DNA of 64,000 bases from Octopus sinensis (taxonomy: Eukaryota), in the NCBI RefSeq assembly GCF_006345805.1, contig NC_043007.1, positions 77,438,001-77,502,000 of the forward strand, written 5' to 3'. Positions 37,024 to 50,335 of this stretch are shown piece after piece (positions within the stretch are counted from its first letter, which is position 1; every line of letters begins with the position of its first letter). The notes below the pieces were generated by a model that saw only the letters and a program-made list of their open reading frames with translations, did no database searches and was not told the DNA's origin. The position numbers and the translations under genes are program-made.

Positions 37024-37995
37024 TCTTTTACTCTTTTACTTGTTTCAGTCATTTGACTGCGGCCATGCTAGAGCACCGCCTTTAGTCGAGCAACTCGACC
37101 CCGGGACTTATTCTTTTTGTAAGCCCAGTACTTATTCTATCGGTCTCTTTTTGCCGAACCGCTAGGTGACGGGGACGTAAACACATAAGCATCGGTTGTT
37201 GGGGGGGACAAACACAGACACGCAAACACACACACACACATACATAAGAATGATAAGAACGACAGAAATAGGGTAAGTGAGTCTCTTCATTCTCCTTCTC
37301 TCTCTGACAGTAGCCTCGGGCCGACCAAAGTCTTGTGAGTGGATTTCGTAGACGGAAACTGAAAGAAGTCTGTCGTGTATATGTATATGTATTTCTTGCC
37401 GATAGAGAAAGAGCCAGTTTCTAACTTTGATCCAAGGCTACATCACTGGAATTTCATCATCAACTACAAGGTATTTTTATATGTATTTTTTTATGTATGT
37501 AAAAAAAATAATAAATGCGCCCTTTTAAAGCCTAGCCAAGGTCATGGGCCCGGTTTCCCGGTTTCTATGGCGTAAGTGTTCCCCAGCTGGACGGGATGTC
37601 AGTCTATCGCAGCGTTACTCATTTTTGCCAGCTGAGTGGACTGGAGTAACGTGAAATGAAGTGTTTTGCTCAAGAACACAATGCGTCGCCCGGTCCAGGA
37701 ATCGAAACCACAATCTTACGATCATGATGCTAAAACCCTAACCACTAAGCCATGTGCCTCCACGTATATGTATATACTTGTGTATTTATCTGTGTTTGTC
37801 TCCCCACTATCACTTGACAACCGATGTTGCTGTGTTTAAGTACTAGTAACTTAGTGGTTCGGCAAAAGAGACCGATACAATAAATACTAGGCTTACAAAG
37901 AATAAATCCCGAGGTCGATTTCTTCAACTAAAACTCTTTAAGGTGGTGCTCCAGCATGGCCGCAGTCAAAATGGTGGCTAAAACAAGTAAAAGAA
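37024..37995. mobile_element. SINE cluster: F2 (minus, 37024-37378), F3 (minus, 37510-37762), F2 3' half (plus, 37770-37995)
   Basis: Homology to 3585-4051 and 4606-4840. Confidence 0.8.
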
Positions 37996-38070
37996 TAGTT
38001 CCGAATTGTTTAGTTTGATTTTCTATGAATTTTTAAGTAATAACTACATCGAATGCACTCTATATTCACA

Positions 38071-39148
38071 CTCTCTTTACTCTTTTTTTTACTCTTTTAC
38101 TTGTTTCAGTCATTTGACTGCGGCCATGCTGGAGCACCGCCTTTAGTCGAGCAACTCTACCCCAGGACTTATTCATTGTAAGCCTAGTACTTATACTATC
38201 GGGTTCCTTTTACCGAACCGCTAAGTTACGGGGACGTAAACACATAAGCATCGGTTGTTGGGGGGGACAAACACAGACACGCAAACACACACACACACAT
38301 ACATATATACGACGGGCTTCTTTCAGTTTCCGTCTACCAAATCAACTCACAAGGCTTTGGTCGGCCCGAGGCTATAGTACAAGGCACTTGCCTAAGGTAC
38401 CACGCAGTGGGACTGAACCCGAACCATGTGGCTCGTAAGCAAGCAACTTACCACACAGCCAGATTTCATGGAATTAGTACAGATTACTCTTTTAACATTT
38501 CGCTCTCACTTGCAAATTAAACGAAGAGCTAAAACGAATAAGATGGCTTCTTCATTAGTTCGACATTAACGGTGTCGTCGTTGTCCTCGACTTCTTCGCT
38601 TGTGGAAGGATTCCAGCTGAGGTCTTTTGCCAACCACAGCCATCTTGAGCTGATTCCAAGCTGCCAAACCTCTTGTTTTGATGGCTTTTGAAAAAAAAAT
38701 GGGATTTACCATAGTCTCTGTATTGTGAAATTAAGAGTTTGTTGACTTAGAAGGATGAATATCAAATACTTAGTCCTTAAGTAGACAAACCGGAATGTTT
38801 ATGTGCAATTAACTAAACACCGACCCATCCCGTCGTTTCTTTGCATCACCATTGTCATCAACAGCATATATCTGAGAACAAGAAAACGGTGGGAAAATTA
38901 TCCTTTTGTTTAAATACCACTCCAAATAGTAAATAACGCTAGCAGACACCCTCCCACACACACGCATACACACAGGCGCGCGTGTGCGCACACAAATAGA
39001 CACAATAAACAATGTTTACATTCTTTCACAGTGTATGTTCCCTACTCAAAACCATCGGCCTTGTTCTCGGTCCCTATCATATTCATCATGAATAATTATT
39101 CTCTTCTTTCATATATTTTTATATGCATGTGTACATATACGTGTGTAT

Positions 39149-39191
<43 letters not shown>

Positions 39192-40254
39192 TCTCTTTTA
39201 CTCTCTCTTTTACTTGTTTCAGTCATTTGACTGCGGCCATGCTGGAGCACCGCCTTTAGTCGAGCAACTCTACCCCAGGACTTATTCATTGTAAGCCTAG
39301 TACTTATACTATCGGTTCCTTTTACCGAACCGCTAAGTTACGGGGACGTAAACACATAAGCATCGGTTGTTGGGGGGGACAAACACAGACACGCAAACAA
39401 ACACACACACACATACATATATACGACGGGCTTCTTTCAGTTTCCGTCTACCAAATCAACTCACAAGGCTTTGGTCGGCCCGAGGCTATAGTACAAGGCA
39501 CTTGCCTAAGGTGCCACGCAGTGGGACTGAACCCGGAACCATGTGGCTCGTAAGCAAGCAACTTACCACACAGCCAGATTTCATGGAATTAGTACAGATT
39601 ACTCTTTTAAACATTTCGCTCTCACTTGCAAATTAAACGAAGAGCTAAAACGAATAAGATGGCTTCTTCATTAGTTCGACATTAACGGTGTCGTCGTTGT
39701 CCTCGACTTCTTCGCTTGTGGAAGGATTCCAGGAGGTCTTTTGCCAACCACAGCCATCTTGAGCTGATTCCAAGCTGCCAACCTCTGTTTTGATGGCTTT
39801 TGAAAAAAATGGGATTACCATAGTCTCTGTATTGTGAAATTAAGAGTTAGAGTTTTGAACTTAGAAGATGAATATCAAATACTTAGTCCTTAAGTAGACA
39901 AACCGGAATGTTTATGTGCAATTAACTAAACACCGACCCATCCCGTCGTTTCTTTGCATCACCATTGTCATCAACAGCATATATCTGAGAACAAGAAAAC
40001 GGTGGGAAAATTATCCTTTTGTTTAAATACCACTCCAAATAGTAAATAACGCTAGCAGACAACCCTCCCACACACACGCATACACACAGGCGCGCGTGTG
40101 CGCACACAAATAGACACAATAAACAATGTTTACATTCTTCACAGTGTATGTTACCTACTCAAAACCATCGGCCTTGTTCTCGGTCCCTATCATATTCATC
40201 ATGAATAATTATTCTCTCTCTTTCATATATTTTTATATGCATGTGTACATATAC

Positions 40255-40323
<69 letters not shown>

Positions 40324-40326
40324 ATA
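38071..40326. repeat. Tandem duplication of a ~1.13-kb unit (F2 SINE plus unique DNA plus (TA)n)
   Basis: 38071-39190 and 39191-40326 are near-identical, differing mainly by small indels. Confidence 0.95.
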
Positions 40327-40523
40327 CTCTCTTTTACTCTCTCTTTTACTTGTTTCAGTCATTTGACTGCGGCCATGCTGGAGCACCGCCTTTAGTCGAG
40401 CAAATCGACCCCGGGACTTATTCTTTGTAAGCCCAGGACTTATTCTATCGGTCTTTTTGCCGAATTGCTAAGTGACGTAAACACATTGTCAAGCAATGTA
40501 GGGGGACAAACACAGACACACAA

Positions 40524-40540
<17 letters not shown>
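40327..40540 (-). mobile_element. F2 SINE 3' half, diverged from the duplicated copies
   Basis: gagcaaatcgaccccggg...gccgaattgctaagtgacgtaaac. Confidence 0.8.
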
Positions 40541-40583
<43 letters not shown>

Positions 40584-41372
40584 ACTGAAATGCGTTTCGA
40601 CCGCTTGGATCGCGCTTTCAAGGCCACTACATCCCGTCCGATTGACTCCGAAATTTCAGGGACATGTGAAATGAGGTGACGATGCCCGTGGGCTACCTTA
40701 GAAACCCCTATCTTAAAAGGGTCGTTGGTAGGGCCAAAAACCCACTTTGACAAGTCCACTCTCGTTCTTTAATGTATCTGTCTTCCTCAACTCACTCTCG
40801 CTATTTCCTCTCTTCCCAGCACTTTTTCACTCACTCTATTTCCTACATTCCCATCATTTTCACTTCGTCAAACGGCCTTCTTTTATGTATCTGTCTGCAT
40901 TCACAGAGAGAATTACCATCGCCACCACCAACACACAATCATGACAACAAATATTATGAATCTCGCCATCGCATTCTATTGTCTGCCTATCAACGCGCCG
41001 ATCGAGCAAATACAAACAGAACACACCAACGAGCGTTCGTGTTCTGGTGATAACGTAGGTTTTTCGTATCTATTACATTTTAAAATTTATTTAGAACCCT
41101 GCAAATTTTTCGTGCTAATTTTCATTTTTTACTACTTTATTATTTTTTCTTAAATTGATGATTTTATTAAAATTAATTCTAATTGACTGGGTCAACAGTT
41201 CGTTTCGTCGGAGGATATGGAAATTCCTATTACCCGTCAGAGAAATAACTCCAGCAGCTCACAACTATTTCAACAAAGACACGGTTACCTGCTTACCAGT
41301 CGAATTCAGCGTCAACGCTCACGTGAGAGACACTCCAACACACACACACACACCACACACACACATATATAT

Positions 41373-41410
<38 letters not shown>

Positions 41411-42164
41411 TATAATGTGTGCATTATGTGGTCGGTCGGTTCAGCTGAAAATATGCACACCTATGTTAAAAGTGCTCAAATGAAACGCGTGACCTCTAGG
41501 ACAAAATTCCTCATCTATAAAATGTGGCCCCAGTAGACCCGAATGAAATCGGGTTATATTAACCAAAATGTGAAAAGGGGTCTAAATGGGGCTGGAATTC
41601 TCTGTTACATCAAACTAAAAAATTTGCGCCAGCCTTTTAACCGTCAATGTGTTGCCGTCCATGATGAAGAAGTTTTGAATGCTTGCCATCGTGAGTCTAC
41701 TGTCGTAAGAAAGAATTACTTCAAAAATTGGTGTTTATGAATTTTCTTTTACATCAAGTTCAAAATTTTACGCCAGCCGTTAAACTGTCAAAACGTTGCT
41801 GTCCGTCGTTAAGAAATGCCAGCCATGGTGACTCTACTATCCTCAGATTCTATCCCTTCAAACTTTGGTTTCCAATATTTTATTATTTTTATTCAGCTCG
41901 CAAGTTCGTCTGTCCCTTTTAAATGTTAGTTATGTTTTGCTGTCTGCCTTGAAGCAGACCTTTCCGTTGTTACTGCCTGATATTTATGATTGATCTTTCT
42001 AAATACTTTTTTTCTCAACTTACTCAAGATCTTTTGTTGTTTATAAATGGGAGAGAGATAGATAAAGATAGAGAGTAAGAGAAAGCAAGGGAGAGTCCGA
42101 GAGAAAAGAAAAGTAAGAGAGTGGGGAAAGTGAGAGAGAAAAGAGAGAGAAACAAAGAGGGAGA

Positions 42165-42472
42165 ATCATCATCATCGCTTAACGTCCGTTTTCCGTGCTA
42201 GCACGGGTTGGACAGTTTGACCGGGGTCTGGGAAGCCAGGAGGCTGCACCAGGTTCCAGTCTGATCTGGCAGTGTTTCTACAGGTGGATGACCTTCCTAA
42301 CGCCAACCACTCTGTGAGCGTAGTGGGTGGTTTTTTCGTGCCGCCGGCACAGGTGCCAGGGGGGTTTGCAGCGGCAACGATCGGTTGGTGCTTTTTACGT
42401 GCCACCGGCAGAGAAGCCAGTCAAGGCGGCGCTGCAATCGGCCACGTTCGGATGGTGCTTTTTACGTGCTGA
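42165..42472 (-). mobile_element. (GAT)n-tailed non-autonomous retroelement with internal repeats
   Basis: Minus strand ends ...cacggaaaacggacgttaagcGATGATGAT; three ggt(g/t)(c/t)tttt(a/t)cgtgc units. Confidence 0.6.
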
Positions 42473-42562
42473 AAGGAAGCAACATATATAGGAAAATGTG
42501 TCTTTGAAAAGGCACTTAAATTTCAAAAACTCGTAAATGTTTAAAATACATTTATTTACATA

Positions 42563-43352
42563 CTAGCAGCATAGCCCGGCGTTGCCCGGGTATGTAAGAG
42601 CCCCTAGTAGGCAACGACTAATCCCATCTGGTCCTTTCCGTCAAGGGAACGAAGGCGCATGTGTAGGTTGCAATGTCTTCTCTTCACTCGAATACTTCTG
42701 TTATACGAATGTTCCTAGCTGTCCTTTGGGCGATAAAAAGGTCGAGTTGTGTCCCCTAGACAGTTTGTGTTTAATACACAAATCGGTTTGCTATGTGTGC
42801 CACATATGATTTAATTAACCGATTTTTTCCAGTAATAAAGTAACCTATTGGAATAAAAAGGGCCATATAGCTCCTTGGAGCAGACATGATCTCGCTGTGA
42901 ATTTAAAAAAAATTCCTGCCAATTTGTGAAAGATATTGTCGAAAAGATGTCATCTTGAATTTGAACGCGATTTCCCAAAATGGCATGATTTTATCGATTT
43001 TTTCTGATGGTAAGGTATTGCATGGAAAACTAACATCAGAATTAAGTTTCTTAGGGTAACATTAAGCTTCACATGATGAGTGGTCCAAATCAATTGCAAG
43101 TTGTGAAAACTACAACAGAAAATGTGTTGCATATAAAAGCTTAGATTCTCGACCCCATGTCGAATTTATCGATTATTTTCAGAACTGGGGGAACTATTCA
43201 AAATTTTCGCTGCGTTAGTTTGGAATTATGACATTGGGCTATGTGTGTGTCAAGTTTCATCAGAACCGGTTGAAAGCCGTGGTCAGAGTGAGGGTACAAC
43301 CTGACAGACACACACACACAGACAGACAAACTGCCGTTTATATATAGAGAGA
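42563..43352 (-). mobile_element. Non-autonomous Helitron (Lep1-like architecture)
   Basis: Minus strand A|TCTCTCTATATATAAAC...(CTGT/GT)n...CCCGG-gcaacg-CCGGG-ctatgctg-CTAG|T. Confidence 0.8.
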
Positions 43353-43424
43353 TATACCAAACTAGTTTCAACAATATTTTTTGTTTATCAATGGTAAAAG
43401 GGTAAAATTAGAAAAACATCGTTA

Positions 43425-43520
43425 TAAGTTTCAATGTTGACAAATCAAAATGTTTCAATGTTGACAAACTGAAATGTTTCAATGTTGTTAAATTAAAATG
43501 TTTCAATGTTGATAACTTAT
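43425..43520. repeat. ~23-bp minisatellite, four copies (gtttcaatgttga...)
   Basis: Directly visible. Confidence 0.8.
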
Positions 43521-44603
43521 CATGTTCAAAACAGAAGGTGTAGGTTTGAAATTAAAACTGCATATTATTTGTTAGAATGTACAAGGTTCATTTATTTCAG
43601 TGGTGGGCGACAAGACATACTGAAAAAAAAAAAACAATATGAGAATTGAAATAGTGTAAAAGGGGGAAATTACGGTTTCTCAGATCTTTAAACTGTCGCT
43701 TCCGCTTGCAATGGTATGCTTTTGGAAAAAATGTATTTACAAATTTTTTTTCCGCGAGCAGATCTGATTTTGATTCGTTAAAAAATCGATGACGTTTTTC
43801 TTCCGTGGTCAAGCTTGTCGTTCTGCTGGGTTGGTTTCCTTGCAGGATAGGTTATAGGTCGTTCCGGTTGATTGGTTTTCTAAAAGGGTCTTTGTGATTA
43901 TAAATTATGTGTATGTACGTTCTCTGTATGCTTGTGTGTGTGTGTGTGCGTACATGTGCATCCGTGTGTGTGTGTGCATGTGTGAGTTTGTATATATGTG
44001 AATGTGTATGTGTGAATGTGTGTATATGTGCATGCGCATATGTATGTGTATATGTGTGATGTGTATATATGTATATGTATGTGTATAAGTATGTATATTT
44101 GTATGTGTGTATATGTGAATATGTATGTGTGTGTACGTTTTAGGATTGGCTTAATTGTTGTTGATGTCAAGGACAGGAACAGATAAGGCAGAGAATACCT
44201 ACACATACGCTTCCCCACATACTTACATATATACATATACATACTCTCCCACACATACAGATGTATATACTTATACATACACTCCTACCTATATACATCA
44301 TACAGGCCCACATACTCATACATATACCTACAGACCTACCTACACACACACTTGCATATACATACAGACCCTTACACACATGCCAACACCCACACATACA
44401 GGCACACACATACATATACGTACAGATCCACAAGACACATACATATACTTACAGACCCGCCACATACATAAGTATACAGATACATGCACACACACACACA
44501 CACACACACACAGACGTATGTATATATATATATTCATATGTGTGTGTGTGTATGTATGTGTATGTGTGTGTGTATGTGTGTGTGTGTGCGTGCATGTATG
44601 TGT

Positions 44604-44908
44604 GGAGGCGCAATGGCCCAGTGGTTAGAGCAGCGGACTCGCAGTCGGAGGAGTGCGGTTTCGATTCCCAGACCGGGCGTTGAGTGTGTTTATTGAACGA
44701 AAACACCTACAAGCTCCACGAGGTTCCGGCAGGGAGTGGTGGCGACCCCTGTTGTCTTTCGCCCCAACTTTCTGTCACTCTTTCTTCCTGTTTCTTGAAT
44801 AACGTTGCGATGGACTGGCGTCCTGTCCAGCTAGGGGGAACACATACGCCACAGAAACTGGGAAATCTGGCCCGTGAGCCTGGCTACGCTTGAAAAGGGC
44901 GACGTTTA
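44604..44908 (+). mobile_element. Chimeric tRNA SINE: head 2 plus V-like tail A
   Basis: Head as in 57002; after cttcctgtttcttg it continues with gttgcgatggactggcgtcctgtccagc as in 4606-4840. Confidence 0.8.
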
Positions 44909-44911
44909 TCC

Positions 44912-44972
<61 letters not shown>

Positions 44973-45459
44973 CATACATCCATACATAAATAAACATACG
45001 AATGGAGATAAACGTACAAGCACTGCAAACAGCTCATATGGATAAAAACAAGCATAGATAGAGAAAAGCGAAAGAAAAGCTAATTCACAATTTGTATGAC
45101 ATACTTTAAACCAGAACAAAGCAAAGTACATCATGTTTTTTTGCTTTTGTTTTTGAGTTGTGTTTTTGTCGTTTTGTTCACTTTGCCAAGTTGATGCATT
45201 TGCTTAAGGGCCACTTTATTTGCTTTAACCACTCTTTCACATTACAGCTGCAGCAAAACAGAACGCTCAAGTGTTCCTGTTAGAGATTGCTTATGTATGA
45301 CGTCATACCTTAGGAATATTCTTTTTTGCTCGTCCCATTGTACCCTGGTACAGAGATGTACTAAAGATAACAACCAAATAGACCTTAAATCATGCACCAC
45401 CACCAACACCTCGACATCCCTTCTCTTTTTTTTTACATAATCGTATGTAGAGTGCTGTG

Positions 45460-47760
45460 AGCGCTTGCAGACACTCTAGGTGCTAAGCACCCTGCCTCGG
45501 TCTATGCTTGATCCAGGACTGCAACTCCGTCAAAGAGACGAGCTGCAGAAAAGCGCGTTCAACAAGTCTGCGCATCACACCCATCAGTCTGTCGACGACA
45601 AGTGCCAACCTCTTTGCTAACACCATGGCCAAAAGTTTGTAATCTGTTTTTAGTAGATTTACCGGCCTAAAGTTATCAACAATGTCCCCCTATTCGGATC
45701 CTTTCTCAGTAGCGTCACCACACCTCGGCTCACAGATCCGGTTATTCTCTCATTCCGATGCCAGTTACGGTAGACGTCGTCCAAAACCTCACCAAACAAG
45801 CTTGGCATATGTATATAACGCTCGAAGAGCAAACCATCCAAACCCAGAGACCTCTCCCTCGTGCAACTAACCAACGTTTCGTGTATATCTTCAGCTTTTA
45901 TCAGCATTTCACAGAACTCCACATCCCTAGCCGAAAACCGCAGCATAACATCAAGGTAGGAAATGAAGTTCACCTCCGCCTCTACGCCCCGTAGTGTTCA
46001 GAAAAATACCTCTGAAATTCCGCACAAATTTTCTTTGACTCGTGTAGCATGCGCTTGTCCCGACCCCTCCAAGACCGAATTGTAGGTTTATTACCACTTT
46101 GCGCCTCGGCCACCCGAGCCCATCGAACGGCTTTCGCTCCCTTCTGTTTTAGAGCACGCGCACTAGCTCTGACAATGCAGCCTTCGTACTTTGTGTTGAA
46201 GAATTAGTTCAGAAACATTCACGCTGCCAGCACGTCGGTCACTATGCTTCTATTGAGTGCCTCTTCTAATTTCCTAACTAGATCTCCCTCTACACTAGTC
46301 TTCCCTATCGCTAGTTCCCTGCTACATTCTACAGCTTCTACTCCAATCACCCGTTTTAGCCCTCCCCCATATCCATTGGTTGTTGACGACTGCACCCGTC
46401 AACTTTCGATGGACTAACTTGCTAAGCCAGTCTCTGAAAGTCTGACGCACCAGGAAGGGCGCGTTCAGCTTCCAGTATCCAGGTCCCTACCTATGAAGCC
46501 TATCTAGGTCAACCGTACAGATCACAAATTTGTGGTTTGTGTAGTTGACGAATTCAAATTCTGGACAACCTATGCTATCCTATCTGGTGGCCTACAAAGT
46601 ACTCTATCTAGATAAGATCTTGATGACCCGACAGATTTTGCGCATGTCCACACTATAGTATTCGGGAAATCCAGTCTGAACCTGTCTGCCAGCTGGAAAC
46701 GACTGAGTAGGTTTGCGCACCCACCTTTCCTATCTGCTAGCACTACCAATCCACACGTGCATCTAAAACGGCTTTCCATTCGCCCGCTAATACTAAAGAA
46801 TGAGACGACCTTAGAAAGGCCTCCAGGCGTCTGAAGAACTTCGGCTACCCAGCTCTGATTGGTGCGTACACTGCGACCAGTCTAATAGCACTGCTTTCGT
46901 TATCGTTCGCGTCCATGACCACCGACTTACCTTCCGAGTCCAGGAAAACCGACCCTATCTCGAGATCCAGGTCTTTCCTGAGCAACATTGCCATCCAACT
47001 TCCCATTACCGGTCGACTAAGAGATACGAAAATCTCGAAAATGGGTGCCAAGGCCCGTGTGTTGATCTTCGTCGCAATGACGGCTATTACGTCCAGACTT
47101 AGCCACCTAAGATCGTTGCGCAAGCATCTTTGCTCGCACGATGACCCCAGATCACATATATTTATATAACCTACTTTAAGAACCGCAGCGCTGACCAGGA
47201 AGTAAGGAAAGGAAAAAGGGAGTGTCACTTACCCTCCTGGTGCTCTTTGTGGTCGAGTGGTTCTCTGTGCTTAATGCTCGTATAAGTTTGTAATGTCATT
47301 CACACCACCATTAGGCTCTCCGGTACTCTAAAAGTGTTGGGACTGCAGATCACCCCCTCTGCTTCAATGTTCTCGTTTTGCGCTATAAGAGCCATCAGCT
47401 TTTCATTGGTCCTTCTCACAAACACGAAATTCCGCTGCTGCGCGGATGGTTGTTGTCTTTGTAGCGACATTTACTTTCTAAAGTTTGTTGTGATTTTGAT
47501 TTTGTTGTGGGTGTTTGTGATGGTGTTGGTGACTGTGGTGCTTGTAGTGTTGGTGTTAGGGTAGAAAGGGCTCCTTAGTCGTAGTGAAGGCAATCTATCT
47601 AGGGAGATAACCTTACAATAAATCACTCGGTCCGTAGCTTAGAAATACTGGGTTGACGTCCAGCGGAAACAGCTTTGTTTCATGGAGGAGGAAAGATCTT
47701 CTTTAGTACTTGGTTGTACAATGCTTTCCAATGTGTGTAGTAGTGGCGCGCGCACACATT
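45460..47760 (-). mobile_element. Tx1/L1-like element: ORF1 tail, APE endonuclease, RT start; decayed and deleted
   Basis: LKVGYINICDL...LDVIAV..TK...RLVAVYAP (APE, 46845-47228); SLGLDGLLFE.Y..MPSLFG.VL.DVYRNW (same family as 32395-32550). Confidence 0.8.
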
Positions 47761-47859
47761 ATTAGCCATTTGAAAAGACTATGGAATTTAGTCTCGACCA
47801 CGGTCGAACAATGATGATGATGATGATGATGATGATGTTGGTGTTATTATCGGTATGTC

Positions 47860-48470
47860 TGTGTTTGCTGTTTCTTGGATTTCTCCTTTTTTACTGTATC
47901 TCTTTCATGGGTTTTTTTTTCTTTACCTTTTAGGCTTCACCTCATCATCACTTGGATGCGTTGAGGAGTCCGTGTCTGGAATGTTTTCTTCTGAAGTTGT
48001 TTGTTCTAGTTCTCTTGTAGTTTTTATTATTGTTGCTTTTGCTACTGTAGCTTCCGTCACTGCTGCTGGTGCTACTCTCACTCCTACCAAGTAGGAGGGC
48101 GCCGCGGTGCGCATGGAATCCGCGGGCGCGAGCCCGAGTGAAGCCGACCGCCGGTGCAGATCTCAGTAGTAGTAGCAAATATTCGGACGAGACCTTCGAA
48201 TACTGATGTGGAGAAGGGTTCCGTGCCAGCGGCGATTGAGCACGGGTTAGTCGATCCTAATAAGCGGGCGAAAGCTTCCGCGAAAGGCGCCGGATCCGTC
48301 ATTGTTGTACCTGTTTTGTCTCCTTGAGTTCAATTTCTGTTTCTATTCCCAATCCTTTCTGTTGTTGTTCTTGTTTTTGTCGACTCATGGGTTGTGTTGC
48401 TTTCACTTGGACATTTCTTCCTGCCCTTTTGTCTAGTTCTGTGGGCAGAAAAACCGTAAGTGGCTCGTTG
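47860..48470 (-). mobile_element. LINE ORF1-like Thr/Lys/Glu-rich relic, interrupted by an rRNA fragment
   Basis: Composition resembles 26700-26870; coding-like on both sides of the insert. Confidence 0.4.
48090..48300 (+). rRNA. 28S rRNA fragment (~210 bp, pseudogenic), D7 region
   Basis: AGTAGGAGGGC...GGTGCAGATCTCAGTAGTAGTAGCAAATATTC...GTGGAGAAGGGTTCCGTG...CACGGGTTAGTCGATCCTAA matches conserved eukaryotic LSU motifs; GC-rich island. Confidence 0.9.
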
Positions 48471-48866
48471 AACCAAATCGTGGAATCTCAGCCTTCGTCT
48501 TCCAATTTTTTTCTTCAATTTCTGCAATTTCAACCAATCAATGACGTCTATTGAGGTGAAAACATTCTGTGCCGTATGAATATGTCCCTCGTTTAAGAAA
48601 CACATTGGATTTATTTACATTTCTGAAGAAAAAAGATACCCTTCCCCCACCCCTAATCCTAACCCTAACCCTAAAACAGATTGAGATGCAATAGATCGAT
48701 ACTAGGGTCATAATTATGGGTGACAATTTCATATGACACCGCTAGAAAAAACTGCCGTTCAAACCGAAAAGATCCCAGAGGACTTTAGTTCCAATATAGC
48801 ACTTATAGAAATACACTCGTACAGGTAAGGCTTATAAATTTCATCGTAATTGTGTGTATAAATGTA

Positions 48867-49246
48867 GTGGCTGTGTGGTAAGTAGCTTGCTTACCAACCA
48901 CATGGTTCTGGGTTCAGTCCCACTGCGTGGCACCTTGGGCAAGTGTCTTCTACTATAGCCTCGGGCCGACCAAAGCCTTGTGAGTGGATTTGGTAGACGG
49001 AAACTGAAAGAAGCCCGTCGTATATATGTATATGTATATGTTTGTGTGTCTGTGTTTGTCCCCCCAACATCGCTTGACAATCGATGGTGGTGTGTTTACG
49101 TCCCCGTAACTTAGCGGTTCGGCAAAAGAGACCGATAGAATAAGTACTAGGCTTACAAAGTCCCGGGGTCGATTTGTTCGACTAAAAGCGGTGCTCCAGC
49201 ATGGCCACAGTCAAATGACTGAAACAAGTTAAAGAGTAAAAGAGTA
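48867..49246 (+). mobile_element. F2 CORE SINE, well preserved
   Basis: Full head, CORE-like motif, short internal microsatellite and tail. Confidence 0.9.
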
Positions 49247-49502
49247 TATGAAATACAGGATTCTGTGTTTCAGAGGAACTAGTGGGAGACCAGAGAAAAG
49301 TATAGAAGAAGCTTCAGACAATGCGAAAAAGAAAATGAGGTGATAGAGGTAGTAAGCCAAGCAATTGTTCAGTATAAGAAAAAAAATTGCAGTGGGGACT
49401 TGAAAGTTGTCAAAAGGCAAAATGTACTATTTGTGCAGTCCTCTGAATCCATACAGCAAACAAAGAAGACTACAGCTCTGTTTTGCATTGACCATTCACT
49501 AT

Positions 49503-49706
49503 GGGATGGAAGCACTCCGTCGGTTACGACGACGAGGGTTCCGGTTGATCCGAATCAACGGAACAGCCTGCTCGTGAAATTAACGTGTGAGTGGCTGAGC
49601 ACTCCACAGACACGTGTACCCTTAACGTAGTTCTCGGGGATATTCAGCGTGACACAGAGAGTGACAAGGCCGGCCCTTTGAAATACAGGTACAACAGAAA
49701 CAGGAA

Positions 49707-49737
<31 letters not shown>

Positions 49738-49905
49738 TTGTGGCGAAAGAGTACAGCAGGGACCACCACCATCCCCTGCCGGAGTTTCGTGGAGCTATTA
49801 GGTGTTTTCGCTCAATAAACACTCACAACGCCCGGTCTGGGAATCGAAACCGTGATCCTACGACCGCGAGTCCGCTGCCCTAACCACTGGGCCATTGCGC
49901 CTCCA
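49503..49905 (-). mobile_element. SINE F4 (head 2 plus tail B) with internal (GA)n expansion
   Basis: Near-identical to 9838-10217. Confidence 0.9.
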
Positions 49906-50277
49906 CCCATTCACTATAAACACTACATGAAAAGGCTCTGGCAATCTGTGGATTTAAATACCGCATTACTTATATGGCCAGTCCTAATATGTTGAATAGA
50001 AAGCACTACCGAAAAGTGATAAGTATCCCCACTTGCTTACTCAACGTGAAAAAGTGCGTGGGAAAGGTCTTCCTTAGACTAGTGGAAAAGCATTTTACGC
50101 TGGATTATAGGTATAGGAAACTATTTAATATACATTATTTAAGGGTTTCGGTAGGATTTGCACATGTGTCAAAAATGTATTAGTAAAAAACTTCGAGACT
50201 CCGGGCAAAATTAATGTAAAGTAAATAAGACACAAATGGCGGTGCCCCAACATGGCCACAGTTTGTGAGCTGAAACT

Positions 50278-50335
50278 AAATAAAATAAAATAAAATAAAA
50301 TAAAATAAAATAAAATAAAATAAAATAAAATAAAT
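50278..50335. repeat. (TAAAA)n
   Basis: Directly visible. Confidence 0.95.

Noticed and set aside
43425-43520. 23-bp repeats as CRISPR direct repeats
   Set aside because: Head-to-tail minisatellite without spacers.
48090-48300. Functional rDNA locus or contamination
   Set aside because: Only ~210 bp with no flanking rRNA, ITS or ETS, embedded in host-type repeats.
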